A DNA stretch of 64,000 nucleotides from Amoebophrya sp. A120 (lineage: Eukaryota > Protista > Dinoflagellata), in contig CAJINV010000006.1 of NCBI GenBank assembly GCA_905178155.1, positions 750,398 to 814,397 of the forward strand, written 5' to 3'. Below the pieces are notes generated by a model. The model was given only the letters and a program-made list of their open reading frames with translations, was not told where the DNA came from and made no database searches. The translations under genes were made by a program, and so were the position numbers. Shown piece by piece: positions 13,801 to 24,400 of this stretch; position 1 is the stretch's first letter, and every line of letters begins with the position of its first letter.

Positions 13801-16800
13801 GATCAAGGCACTGCTAGTACGGCTATCGAGTACAAACCGGACTTAGCCTACCATGCCCGGTGTGCGCAGTTGGTGGAGAAGTTGCGGGCAAGACGAGAAG
13901 TCTTGCGAGAACGACAGGCGGAAGAGGAAAGAAAAAAACTGAAGGCCGCGACATCCTCTGTTGACCTCGAAATGATAGAAGTCTGCGAAGATGAACAAGA
14001 AGCAGGGACGACGTCGAGCAGACCTGCGGGTGCGACGCAAGATGTTCACGCTCATCTCGACGACCTCCCTGACAACTACAGTGCTCCATCCGACGAGGAG
14101 ATTGAGGGACCTAAGATCTTCGACTGGTGCACCGAAACACCAGAGCCGGAGTGGGAAACAAGTACCAGAAAGTACGACGTCAATCTTGTTCCTACGAGTT
14201 GCAGTTCTGCTCGTGGGCCGCAAGAAGAGCAGCAGCAAGATCAACATTTTCCCGGTCATGTGGGGTCGTGCTGGTCAGCAAGTGAACAACTTCGATTGCT
14301 GGAGTATCACCTGCAGCAGCACGACCCGTATTTTTTCTGCCGTGCAACGTCGTCTAGCTATAGTAACGAGCAGCAGGACCACCACCACGACCATCTTCAT
14401 CACGTTGACGCGGACCACGTCGTAGATGATCGCTCGACTTTATTGCCCGGCCTGAGACGAGCAGGTGGACCACAGGGTGTAGTGCCACCACCTCCACCTG
14501 GCGCGGCATTTTTACAGCAACCTAGTACAACACCGGACCAGGAGCAGGCAAATCATTTTCCTTCTGATCAACAGCTACAACATGGGTTGTTAATACAACG
14601 TGGGTCGTTCCTCGGTATGCATCCTCCCACTAGTATCCCGCCACCGCCTTGTTTTACGCCGACAGTTCTTGGAGTGCAGGAAGTAGACGTGGTTGAGCAG
14701 CAAGAACGCCAGAATAATTCTGAGCAAGACGTCCATCCCGCTGGTGCTGATCCCCGCTTTTGTTTCGTGGTTTGCCAAGCCGCGCTCGCCGCAGAAATGG
14801 AGCAGCTTAATAATATTCTCAGAACCACTTCTGATTCTCCTCTATGCAGCAGCTCAACACCGGCACAGGAGGCGGAAGTTGTAGATGTTGGAACAAGAAG
14901 AAGTACAACTACAACTCCCACCGTTAGTGGCGAAGAACGAGAAGCGAGTTATTTTCCATCGGGAACTTCTACTGGCTCAAAAAGAACAGGCTGCCTTATG
15001 CATTGCAAATATGTCTGGGTCTGGAAGTAGAGTGGGAACTTGTAATGCGTGTTGCGGGTCACACAAAAATCTGTCTTGCCTACTCGCAGAAGATGAAATT
15101 TCCTGCTTGCCATGCTGAGAGCGGATTTCTCATGCAGAACAGGCATCACCAAGGGGCTGCAGATCTTGTGATGCTAAGCCCTGCATTACAGACTTTGTGG
15201 ACCTTGCAAAAATTGCATCACAAACCTCACAATACTCCAGACCCAGACATATTTGCAATGCAAATGCCTAGATGAAGTACAACTTGGAAGTAGTTGTCCA
15301 GACTACAACTCCATCCATTTTCAGCGTCGGGTCCTCTGCGACTTGATGCACAACAGCAGCGCTGGAGGGAGTGTGCCCGCAACGTGTTCGGATAATAATT
15401 ATAATAATAGTGAAACGAACTTGCCCTCCCCCTTTGCTATAATCTATAGGAGGCACTTAGAAAAATAATTCTAAACGAATGTGCTTAGAAGGTCTCGTCT
15501 AGAAGCTTCGCGTAACAGATCGAACACGTTCCCGCTATCTGTACCCCGTACCGTCGTGCAAAATGTTATCCTGCACGCCCTGGCGAACATGTGAATGCCA
15601 GCACCAGAATGGCCAGGGTGGCCGAGCCATGTGAATGAATGATGGCCAGAAGCTCCTTGCCCAGCCGGGCGGGGCAAAAGTGACGGCGAAGGGCTTCTTG
15701 GCTATCACCTCCGCTCGAGCAAAATTGAAACTTTTGGCCATCACTTTCCGGCCGGGCAACAGTGGTGGCCAAGAGCTCGCCGGCCACCACTTTCCGCTGG
15801 CTCGGACATAAGTCATGGCCGAGAGCCCCTTGGCCATGACTTTCCGGCCGGGCAAAAATGATGGCTAAGGGCCCCCGCCTGGCCATCAATTTTGGCCATC
15901 ACTTTCCGGCCCACCGGGCAAAAGAGACGGCCAAGGGCAGGAGCTCCTGGGCCATCACTTTCCGCTTCCGGTCGGGCCCTTGGTCACTACTTTGACTTTC
16001 CGGCCGGGCAAAAATGGTGGGCAAGAGCTCCGCTGGTGCCATCATTTTCCGGCGGGCCGGGCAAAAGTGATGGCCGAGAGCTCCCGGGCCACCGCCTTCC
16101 GCCCGGGCAAAAGTCCTCGCCAAGAGCCCGCTGGCCATCGCTTCGCTCCCGGCGGGTCGCTCGGGCTGAAGTAATGGCCAAGAGCTCCAGGGCTATCACT
16201 TTGGGCGGGCAAATTGTGAAAACCGATTTCGAGTCCGAATCCCCCTGCTGTCGTCGGGATGCTGTCGCGAAAGCTTTCGTGACGGCATCCGGGCGACAAT
16301 AGGGGGACTCGGACCTGAGAGCGGTTGTCACAACTTGCAGCCCAAGCGTGGAAACCATTTTCAACCTCGGCCCCCCCTGTTGTCGTCAGGATACTGTCGC
16401 GGAGGCTCCGCGACAGTATCCTGACGACAGCAGGGGGGCTCGGACTGGAAAAATGGGGAAGCCATTTTTCGAGTCCGAATCCCCCTGAAGCCATTTTTTC
16501 GAGTTCGTCAGGATACTGTCGCGAAGCGTATCCTGACGACAGCGCGGGGCCTCAAGCTTGAAGCTGGTTTCTTTCGATAAAAAAAACCCTTTTCAAGCGC
16601 TGGCAAAAATGATGGCGAAGAGCTCCCTGGGCATCGCCTTTCGGCCGGGCACAATCAAGTGATGGCCAAGAGCTCCCTGGCCGCCAAATTGGCCATTGCT
16701 TCTCGGCCGGGCCAAGGTGATGGTTGGCCAAGAGCTCCGCGGCCATCGCTTTTCGCTCGAGCAAAAGCGATTTTGGCCATCGCTTTCCGGTCGGGCAAAA

Positions 16801-19783
16801 GTGGTGGCCGAGAACTCCGCGGCCATCACTTTTTGCCATCGCTTTCCGGTCGGGCAAAAGTGATTGCCAGAAGCCCCCTGGCCATCACTTTTCGGCCGGG
16901 CAGAGAAAAACGGAGGCGACAGCTCCTTGGCCATCACTTTTTCCCATCACTTTCCGGACGGGCAAAAGTGGTGGCCAAGGGCTCCTTCCTTGGCCATTAC
17001 TTTTGCCCAGCGCTTTCCTGTCGGGCAAAAGTGATGGCCGGCAGTTCCGCTGCCACCGCTTTCCGCCCGGGCATGCAAAAGTCCTCGGCCATCACTTCTG
17101 GCCATCGATCGCTTTCATTCCGGTCCGCCGACCGTGCAAAAATGATGGCCAAGAGCTCCCTGCTCATCCATTTCCGGTCGGGCAAAAATGATGGCCAAGA
17201 GCTCCGTGGCCAGCCATCGACTTTCGCTCGTTGGCCATCCCTTTCGTTCCGGGGGGGTGGGCAAAAGTGGTGGCCAAGAGCTCCTTGCCCGGGCCATCAC
17301 TTTTGCCCACCGCCTTCCGGTCCGGTCGGGGGGCAAAAGTGATGGCCAAGAGCCCCCTGGCCGCCATTTTCGGCCATCGGTCATTTTCCTCCCGCGCGGG
17401 CAAAAGTGCTGGCCAAGAGCTCCACGGCCACCACTTTCGGGTCGCGCAAAAGTGTTGGCCAAGTGCTCCATGGCCATCACTTTTGCCCATCACTTTCCGG
17501 TCGGGCAGCCGGGCAAGAGTGATGGCCAAGAGCTTCCAGGCCGGCACTTTTTGCCACCTCTTTCGTTCCGGCCGGGCACGCTTTTCCTATCCGGCTTCAA
17601 TCATTTTTCTCGCGCACGCTTTTGCCTCTCGGCTTCTGGTGCATGGCATGGGCGGGGGGGCGCGAGGCAAAACCGCGCAAGAAAGCCCCCGGAAGCGTGA
17701 GTCTCACCCCCTTCCAGGGGCGGGGGTTTTCTTTACGCCGGCCGCCGAAGCCGCCCCAGAATAAGCTTCGCAGCTGGCCCCCTCGCTTTGCTTGCCGCGT
17801 GCGGCTAAAGGGCTGACGGCGGGCCGGCGTCCTGGACGCCGGACCGCAAAAGGCGTTAAAGCGGCGAGGCCGCTAGGGCAAGCGCAGGCGCGGCAACGCG
17901 GCTAGAGGGCTGACGGCGGGCCGGCGTCCTGGACGCCGGACCGCAAAAGGCGTGAAAGCGGCGAGGCCGCTAGGGCAAGCGCAGGCAGGCGCGGCAACGC
18001 GGCTAAAGGGCTGACGGCGGGCCGGCGTCCTGGACGCCGGACCGCAAGAGGCGTTAAAGCTGCGAGGCCGCTAGGGCAGGCGCAGGCGCGGCAACGATCT
18101 TCCTCGCGGCAGGCAGCGTTATATTTTTCAACCTTCTAGCCACATTCTATTCGACTCCAAGCCAGACCTTCTGAACAAATTCCCATCTTTAGAGTTATCT
18201 TTTAAATCTACTAGCCCAGCGGGCGTCCTGGACGCCCGCGCCAAGAGGCTAGTAATTATACTAGGGATATTGTTGAAAGAGGACAACGACTACAGCGCGG
18301 AACCAACAGCAGAACTTCAGGCGTCCGAGGAGGAACTACAGGTGCAGCAGAAGCAGGAGCAGCTTCGGGCGCTGGTGTACCAGGGCCCTCTGTTGCTTCC
18401 GATGATGAAGTAGTTTCCTCGTCCGCCTCTTCGGCAACGACACGAGGCGGACTATCTGCGAGCTCCGGCGCGAGCGCTGTGATCAACGCGGCAGAGGATG
18501 ATCACATGCTGCTGGAACAAGAGCAAGAAGCAGAACATCAAGTTGTTGGCACCAAAAGGAGCAATCGCGAATCAACCGCACGTGATGAACAAAGAGCAGA
18601 ACAAGCTGTAGTGCAAGAACCAGAGGATCATGATCAACTACAGGAGCACTACTTGATGTTTCCTGAACTTTACCGAAACGGTATCAAAGGGAAAAATCCC
18701 CCCGCCCCATATCGTAACGAAGTTTCTGATGCTGGATTTGCGTACACAAATCAGGTCTGTCTTGCTGGAGAGGACTGCAGGCATACGCCCAGCCTGGTTT
18801 TGACGTAGGGGACTAGCATGACAGGTGTCGGCTCTGTAAGCCCAACAGCATCACAAACCGCCGGCATAATGCGGCGGGCTCTCTGGCTTTGCCTTCTTGC
18901 AAGACAGACAGGATTTGCGACCTCAAATCTGCATCACAAATTTTATAGACGAATGCGTTTTCAATATGGGGAGGGGGGATTTTTTCTCTGAATATACGGC
19001 GAGCAACTGTGTTATTTACCCGCGAAATTTGTGGCTTCCTACCCGTATGGAATGCAAATATGTCTGGGTCTGGAAGGATGCAAGGTTTGTCATGCTTGCG
19101 TGGCATGACTGACGAGTTCTTTGTGATGCATGTCCAAGAAGAGGCCCTTTTTCTTGTCTTGCAAAAAAGCAGTTTTTCATGCGGTAAGCGCAACACTAAG
19201 CCGCGCAAATATTTCTCATGCTTGGCTGCGCATTGGAGAGCATTCACTATTCACAGCCCAGCATTACAAGTTTTCAGACCCAGACGTATTTGCAATACAT
19301 AACCCGGAAAACGACGGGCTGGCTGTCGACCCTTGTGTCGAGAAGGTAAACCAGGACGGGCTACTATCAACACGCGGCTTCGGCGAGTCAGAAGGTGAGA
19401 TTATGGAGAAAACCTCCGAACGAGCGGAGGCGGAGAGGGCCGCAAGGGTGTTGAGGATGACGAAGAGGTCGACGTCGATTCAAGGCGAAAAGCAGCCACA
19501 GGTTTTTCGCGCATTTGGTTGTCGTGAGCTGGTGGCGCAAGAAGAACTCCAGACAGTCTGCAGCGGCCGAGGTGGGGGCCCAGTGTCGTACTATTGTGCA
19601 GGCGATGTACAGCTTCAACCTGGACAAACGCACGAGAGTGGACCCCGTCGACACGATGCTCCGGCGACTTTTACAACCGGGTTCGCCACTAGCACTGGCG
19701 TCACTCCACCTTGGGTCCTCGATGCGGAGGTGAACCGTCCCGCGGGCACGTTTTCTTGCCCCGAGCTGGCGTGGTCTCTGTAG
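10864..19783 (+). CDS. Gene 2: putative secreted low-complexity protein (~1736 aa) with a divergent C3H-like module; interrupted by three introners and a Helitron-containing intron
   Basis: Hydrophobic leader MFPQAIKFILLHAGALLCGFF...AHAVAL followed by basic KGKPKPRGGRR; module NPGSLTHH..CGRSFLC..CNHGRGCQKCHVC at ~12742-12862. Exons 10864-14996, 15270-15403, 18261-18681, 19000-19045 and 19307-19783 sum to 5211 nt, open. The 15403/18261 junction is the least certain. Confidence 0.75.
14997..15264. mobile_element. Introner/MITE family A
   Basis: Family A TIRs; TSD TGCCT/TGCCT; joins GC|LDEVQL in frame. Confidence 0.92.
15640..17570. repeat. Degenerate palindromic minisatellite (unit ~45-50 bp, AAAAGTGATGGCCAAG-AGCTC-CTTGGCCATCACTTT-CCGGTCGGGC), interrupted by larger hairpins at ~16225-16550
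   Basis: Dozens of self-complementary copies visible inside the Helitron. Confidence 0.88.
17801..18096 (+). repeat. Three tandem ~97-101 bp repeats, each with hairpin CCGGCGTCC-T-GGACGCCGG and a downstream CTAG
   Basis: Copies start at 17801, 17898 and 17999; each resembles the Helitron 3' terminus. Confidence 0.9.
18682..18994. mobile_element. Introner/MITE family C
   Basis: TIR TATCAAAGGGAAAAATCCCCCCGCCCCATATCG; TSD AACGG/TACGG; frame restored. Confidence 0.88.
19046..19301. mobile_element. Introner/MITE family A
   Basis: TSD ACCCG/ACCCG; interior resembles the reverse complement of 5457-5710; joins SYP|ENDG. Confidence 0.92.
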
Positions 19784-21400
19784 TCGTCGTGGCGATCTTG
19801 AAATTTATCGTAGTTATTTTTTATTATCAAATTTATTCGAAACAACTGTTGATACCACGATATTGCGGAAGCGGAAGCGGATAGATCATACCGAAGAAGG
19901 CGTCTCTGATGAGTACATTTTTGTCCCCAGCACGATTGGTAACATGGGGAGAACAAGGACCAACTTGATAAACCAAAGCGCTGGGAAGCGACGCTGGGTT
20001 GATGTTTTTTTTTAATGCTCATCAAGGTCAAGAAAGCCGGACATTGACACCGTACAGGACAACATCAGAAGCACCTCAGCTCCTGATACATTCGCATTCG
20101 ATTTTTCGTTCCCCCGTCGTGTACAATTTCAGTGTCATGCGAACAATCTGGAGTTGTTGGGCGATTTGCAGCTCTCGTTTTGTCGGGCTAAGACCTACTT
20201 GCAATGGATATCAAGAACGCAAGCTGGCTGTTTACTTCTGTAAGTATCGAAAACAAGCTATGTATAGGTCACATAATCACCAGCGCGCTGCTGGAACTGA
20301 CCAAAACTGTAGTACCTGTTACAAAAAATAGACTGTACTTGTTTTTATGCCCCCGAAATAAAGGGCGTCTGAGGTGGCTTAAAGGAGTGAAAGAAACCTA
20401 ACGACGAATTTCATTTACTACAAATATAATGAAAAGGCTGTCCTGCTACTGTCTTGGCAGTCGGCAGAACTACTTCAAGATAGAAGCGGTATTCTCCTAA
20501 GAGAAGCGAGGAGACCCGTGAAAGAAAGGGTTTTCAAGAAGAAGTACAACCTGACTCCAAGCTGCCTTTCAGAAACATTTAAATCATCTTTTTTGCGCGC
20601 GCGTGCGCACGGCACTCTCCCCGGGCGGAGAGGTTTGCTTTCGTATGGTGATCATGAGTGCGATTTCTGATGAGAACTGGTTCTGTGCCCGTTGCTGCAC
20701 TACGATACCGGTATAATTCTGCTTGCTTCTACATCACATCTAGATCTTTGTACTGCCGGGTGATGTAATGCAGTGGTCCTGTAGCTGCAGCTCGGGTTTC
20801 AATGTTGAGCCATGTTGTTCCTCTTTTTCTTCTCCCACACGGTTATCGTCGAGTGAAGATAAAATTGTGATTGATTCTAACAATGGATGGCAAAAAAAGT
20901 TCCGAATTCTTGATCGTGCACTTAGTATACTTCCTTCTAAATTTTTTCCATTATACAGCGACAGAGGGTTTTTGTGCATCACAGACTAGAGGGAGCGAGG
21001 ACGACTGTGTCTTCGTGAAGATGACGCCGGCCGGCGACCAGTAGCCGAGCACACCTGAATTGTATTCTGATACGCTGAAGTAGCTTCTTGCGAGAAGACG
21101 AGCTACCGTCAATTCTAAAATGTGAACCGGACTTTATTAAAACGTCAAGCTCCTTGAGAGCGCACTTTATTGCCTCTTTCGTTGTTTCCGTGGTCGGTCC
21201 TCGTGTGGCCAGCGTTGGACAACTCACGACCCCCGGCGACTACACTGTGCCTTCGGTGGTTTCTTGTGCGGAATAGTAAGTTTGTACTTGTCCTTACTGA
21301 CCACCTGTCACCACGACGACGAAGACCACGTCGACATGATGCTGCTGCGGTACTCCACTCCTGTAGTGGCAGAACCCATTTTGTTCTTGTTCACGGCCGC

Positions 21401-24400
21401 ATGATCATGCTCCTGTCGTGTCTGATGTTCAACGCAGACGTTCCTGCGCGGCGCGCTCAACCGCGGTGGACGGGGAGTACTTTCAACCAGAACAAGGTCG
21501 TACTGCTCCAGTTTTTCTTCCTCCTTTCTATGCATTGCAAATGTGTCTGGGTCGGGAAAGAATGTGGCTTGTGATGCTAGCTTTCGATCACACAAAAATC
21601 TGTATTGCATGAAAGGCAAACGGCCCTCAGATTGTTGCCACTCGAAGAGGGCATTTCTCATGCAGGATAGGCATGAGCAAACCTTTGCGAAAGCTGTGAT
21701 GCTAGAGCATGTATCACAGGCATCGGGGGTCATGTACAAATTGCATGACAAAGTCCTCCGGGGTTCCAGACCCAGACATATTTGCCTTTGATAATTTCCC
21801 CCCTACTGCAACTACACCGAGGTGGAATATTATCAGTGCAAGCATTGGTCCCGCCGGCGGGCTGGGAACAAATATCCTGTGCAAAAGTATCGCACTCGTA
21901 GTAATCGCAGTCATGCATTACAAATCTGGTTTCCAAAGACAAAGAAAATCAGCGAATTAATATTGCAAGTACTACTAGTACGATGCTTTTGCAATTCATA
22001 GCAAAATGAATACAGCAACTACGTGGGCGGGGCAGCACACCATTATTTTTACGGTGCGAACAAGGACGGACAGGGCACAGCGACAACGGGTGGTGAACAA
22101 GAAGTGATAGTTATCCGAAGTTGTTGTAAAAACGTCCTTACTTCGTACCCCGACTTGTCATGCAGATTTGGTGGATCTACAGAACAGGCGCATTTGTATT
22201 TGTAATGCGCCCGCTCCCCATGAGAGGTATAGGCATTTTTAGTCGTGTTTTGAAACTTGTTAAAATGCCGTACACAGGATGAGCAGACGGCTTTGTGAAG
22301 ATTATCCACGTCTGATGTCCTTGCTAACCTGCACTACACGTACAGACAGCAGCTTGTCATGCGTGACTCCCAATAAACTTCTGTTCTTGACAACGCTAGG
22401 GTCGTGGGGACGTTTTTTTTACATCCGATAGTGTTCGACGACAAGGCGGAGCAGGAGTTGGTGGAGAAGCAAAACGATGGAATCTTCACAAGGGATAGAG
22501 AACAGGTACTGCTGGTTTTTTGTCATGCAGAAATCACAATGCAGAAGAGCACCGAGAACAATGATAGCAAAAAAGAGAACTTGTCTTGCGCAACAACATC
22601 AACATGCAAGGTGAACTACTACACTAGCATGATTTTTTGTGTCTTCCATCCGATTTGTCTTGCGGAACAAGCTTAAAAACAAAATGAAAACAGGAACCGC
22701 ACGTCGAAGATGCGGACTCGGTATGGAAGTGCTCATGAGCAGCCTACCCATTGCCGTCGTTTGAGGGAGCTTATGGCAAGCAGCAAAAGAAAAACTGGTA
22801 CTTTTGCATGACAAGAAATTGCATGGGTAGATAAATGTTTTAACTGTGTCTCTTGGGCTCCTGCTGCAAGAACTTGTAATGCAAAACACCGTCGAGTACG
22901 AGTTCGAGAGGCAGTTGCAGAGATGGGTTTATTGGCCTGACACTTGACGGGGTGACGGTGAGGGGGGATTTTGCAATCGCATACTCGGTTCCGGACGCGG
23001 AAGATGCCGAGGCGGACAGCAGTTATGGAAGCGTCAGGTGGGAATTCGACAGATAGGGTTGTCATGCAAATGATATGCTGCGCCGAAACTGTAATTGTTT
23101 GTATTCCACCGCGGGATGCAAGAACTGAGGTCCGGCTACAGTGACCTACTTAAACATGAGCGGGGTATGAAATTAAAAGTAAAGGCTACCGGGTAACCTT
23201 TCATCTGGCCGGGGGCCGGACGAAAGGTTAAGTACCCGGATGAAAGGTTACCCGGTAGCCTTCACTTTTAATTTGTTACCCCGCTCAAATTGAATTTTGA
23301 TTTTACATTGCAATATATTTTTTTTGTCGAGGAATCCGCCACTGGCACTTTCATAGCAATGTTGTTGCGGGGGGAAACGACGTGAAGCGGACTGGGTCCT
23401 CGACCTTGGAAACAAGACGATCACGTGGAGCTCACTCACGAAAGTCAGGAAGGGCACAACAGTCATCCCCCAAAGAAGCGGCCCTAGTAGCGAAAGGTCA
23501 TTCACACCTGAAGACTTTGCTGGGGAAACCGGAGGACAGCAACAACAAGGAAGCCATCGCGTCGTGGCTGTATTCGGATCATGTACACGGAAACTATCAA
23601 ACAAACTTCGCAAACTTCATCCTTGCCCACGCCTTAGTGCGGGGGGAGGCGGACTGGGTCGGTTTACGTCGTGCAAAAGCCTTCCCATCATAAGTCCAAA
23701 GTGCGATGCATATATGACGTTTTATATTGTAGTGTTACTCGCGAAGAAGAAGAACAACAATACACTCTCATTAGAGTTCCGGGCATCAACCTCCAGCGGA
23801 TAATTACACGAAACCGTGGATATCGAATTTTCACTGTCGTGACATGTTCCGTGCCTGATGCCACTGCGACATCCTCGCATCCGGCACAGGAGTTTGAGTG
23901 GCAGTCAAATTGTGTTGCATGAGGTGCCTCACTTTTGCTTATGCTGATGCAGCTGCTGGTTGCCCACTGGCGATTATGGTGGCGACCGCACTCATTTGTC
24001 ATGTTTCTGTATCGCTTGCAAAGTCGTACGTCAAAGATTCGCTGTACTATTCGACATTGATGTGGTGGAGCAGTTTTTGCACGTGAGGGCCTTCGATGCG
24101 AGCGTACCTGTATCAAATGAGAAATTAGTACTCAACTGAATTTTCATTCATTATAGGGCGAGAAAAAGAATAAAAAAGAAACTGGGGGCGGTTTTCTGGA
24201 TCAGGTCAAAAGATAAACAGCAGCGCCATCATCTGTTGTGCTGTGTAGTAGTGGCGCTTGAGCCTCAAGCGCAACCTTCAAAACCTCAGAGGTTTTGAAG
24301 GTTGCCCAATTTGACCCAAGCAGGATCGGCCTACAAAAAACGAACTGGAGCTGAAAGATAGGCCTCTTGGGGCCGACATTCCATGGTGGAAGTACTTTGG

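Larger units (their letters stand above)
15443..18252 (+). mobile_element. Non-autonomous Helitron-like element
   Basis: 5' A|TCTATA, 3' CTAG|T; GC hairpin GCGGGCGTCC-T-GGACGCCCGC at 18219-18239, 9 nt before CTAG; no TIR; repeat-filled interior; no RepHel ORF. Confidence 0.75.

Noticed and set aside
15640-17570. CRISPR-like array of palindromic repeats
   Set aside because: Repeats are degenerate, the intervening sequences are themselves repeated rather than unique spacers, no cas genes are present, and the context is eukaryotic.
21308-22110. Minus-strand gene (MLALIIFHLGVVAVGG-KEEEKLEQ) formed by the same element removals
   Set aside because: It ends quickly at 21308, whereas the + strand reading stays open across three junctions and matches the family leader (VQA); not fully excluded.
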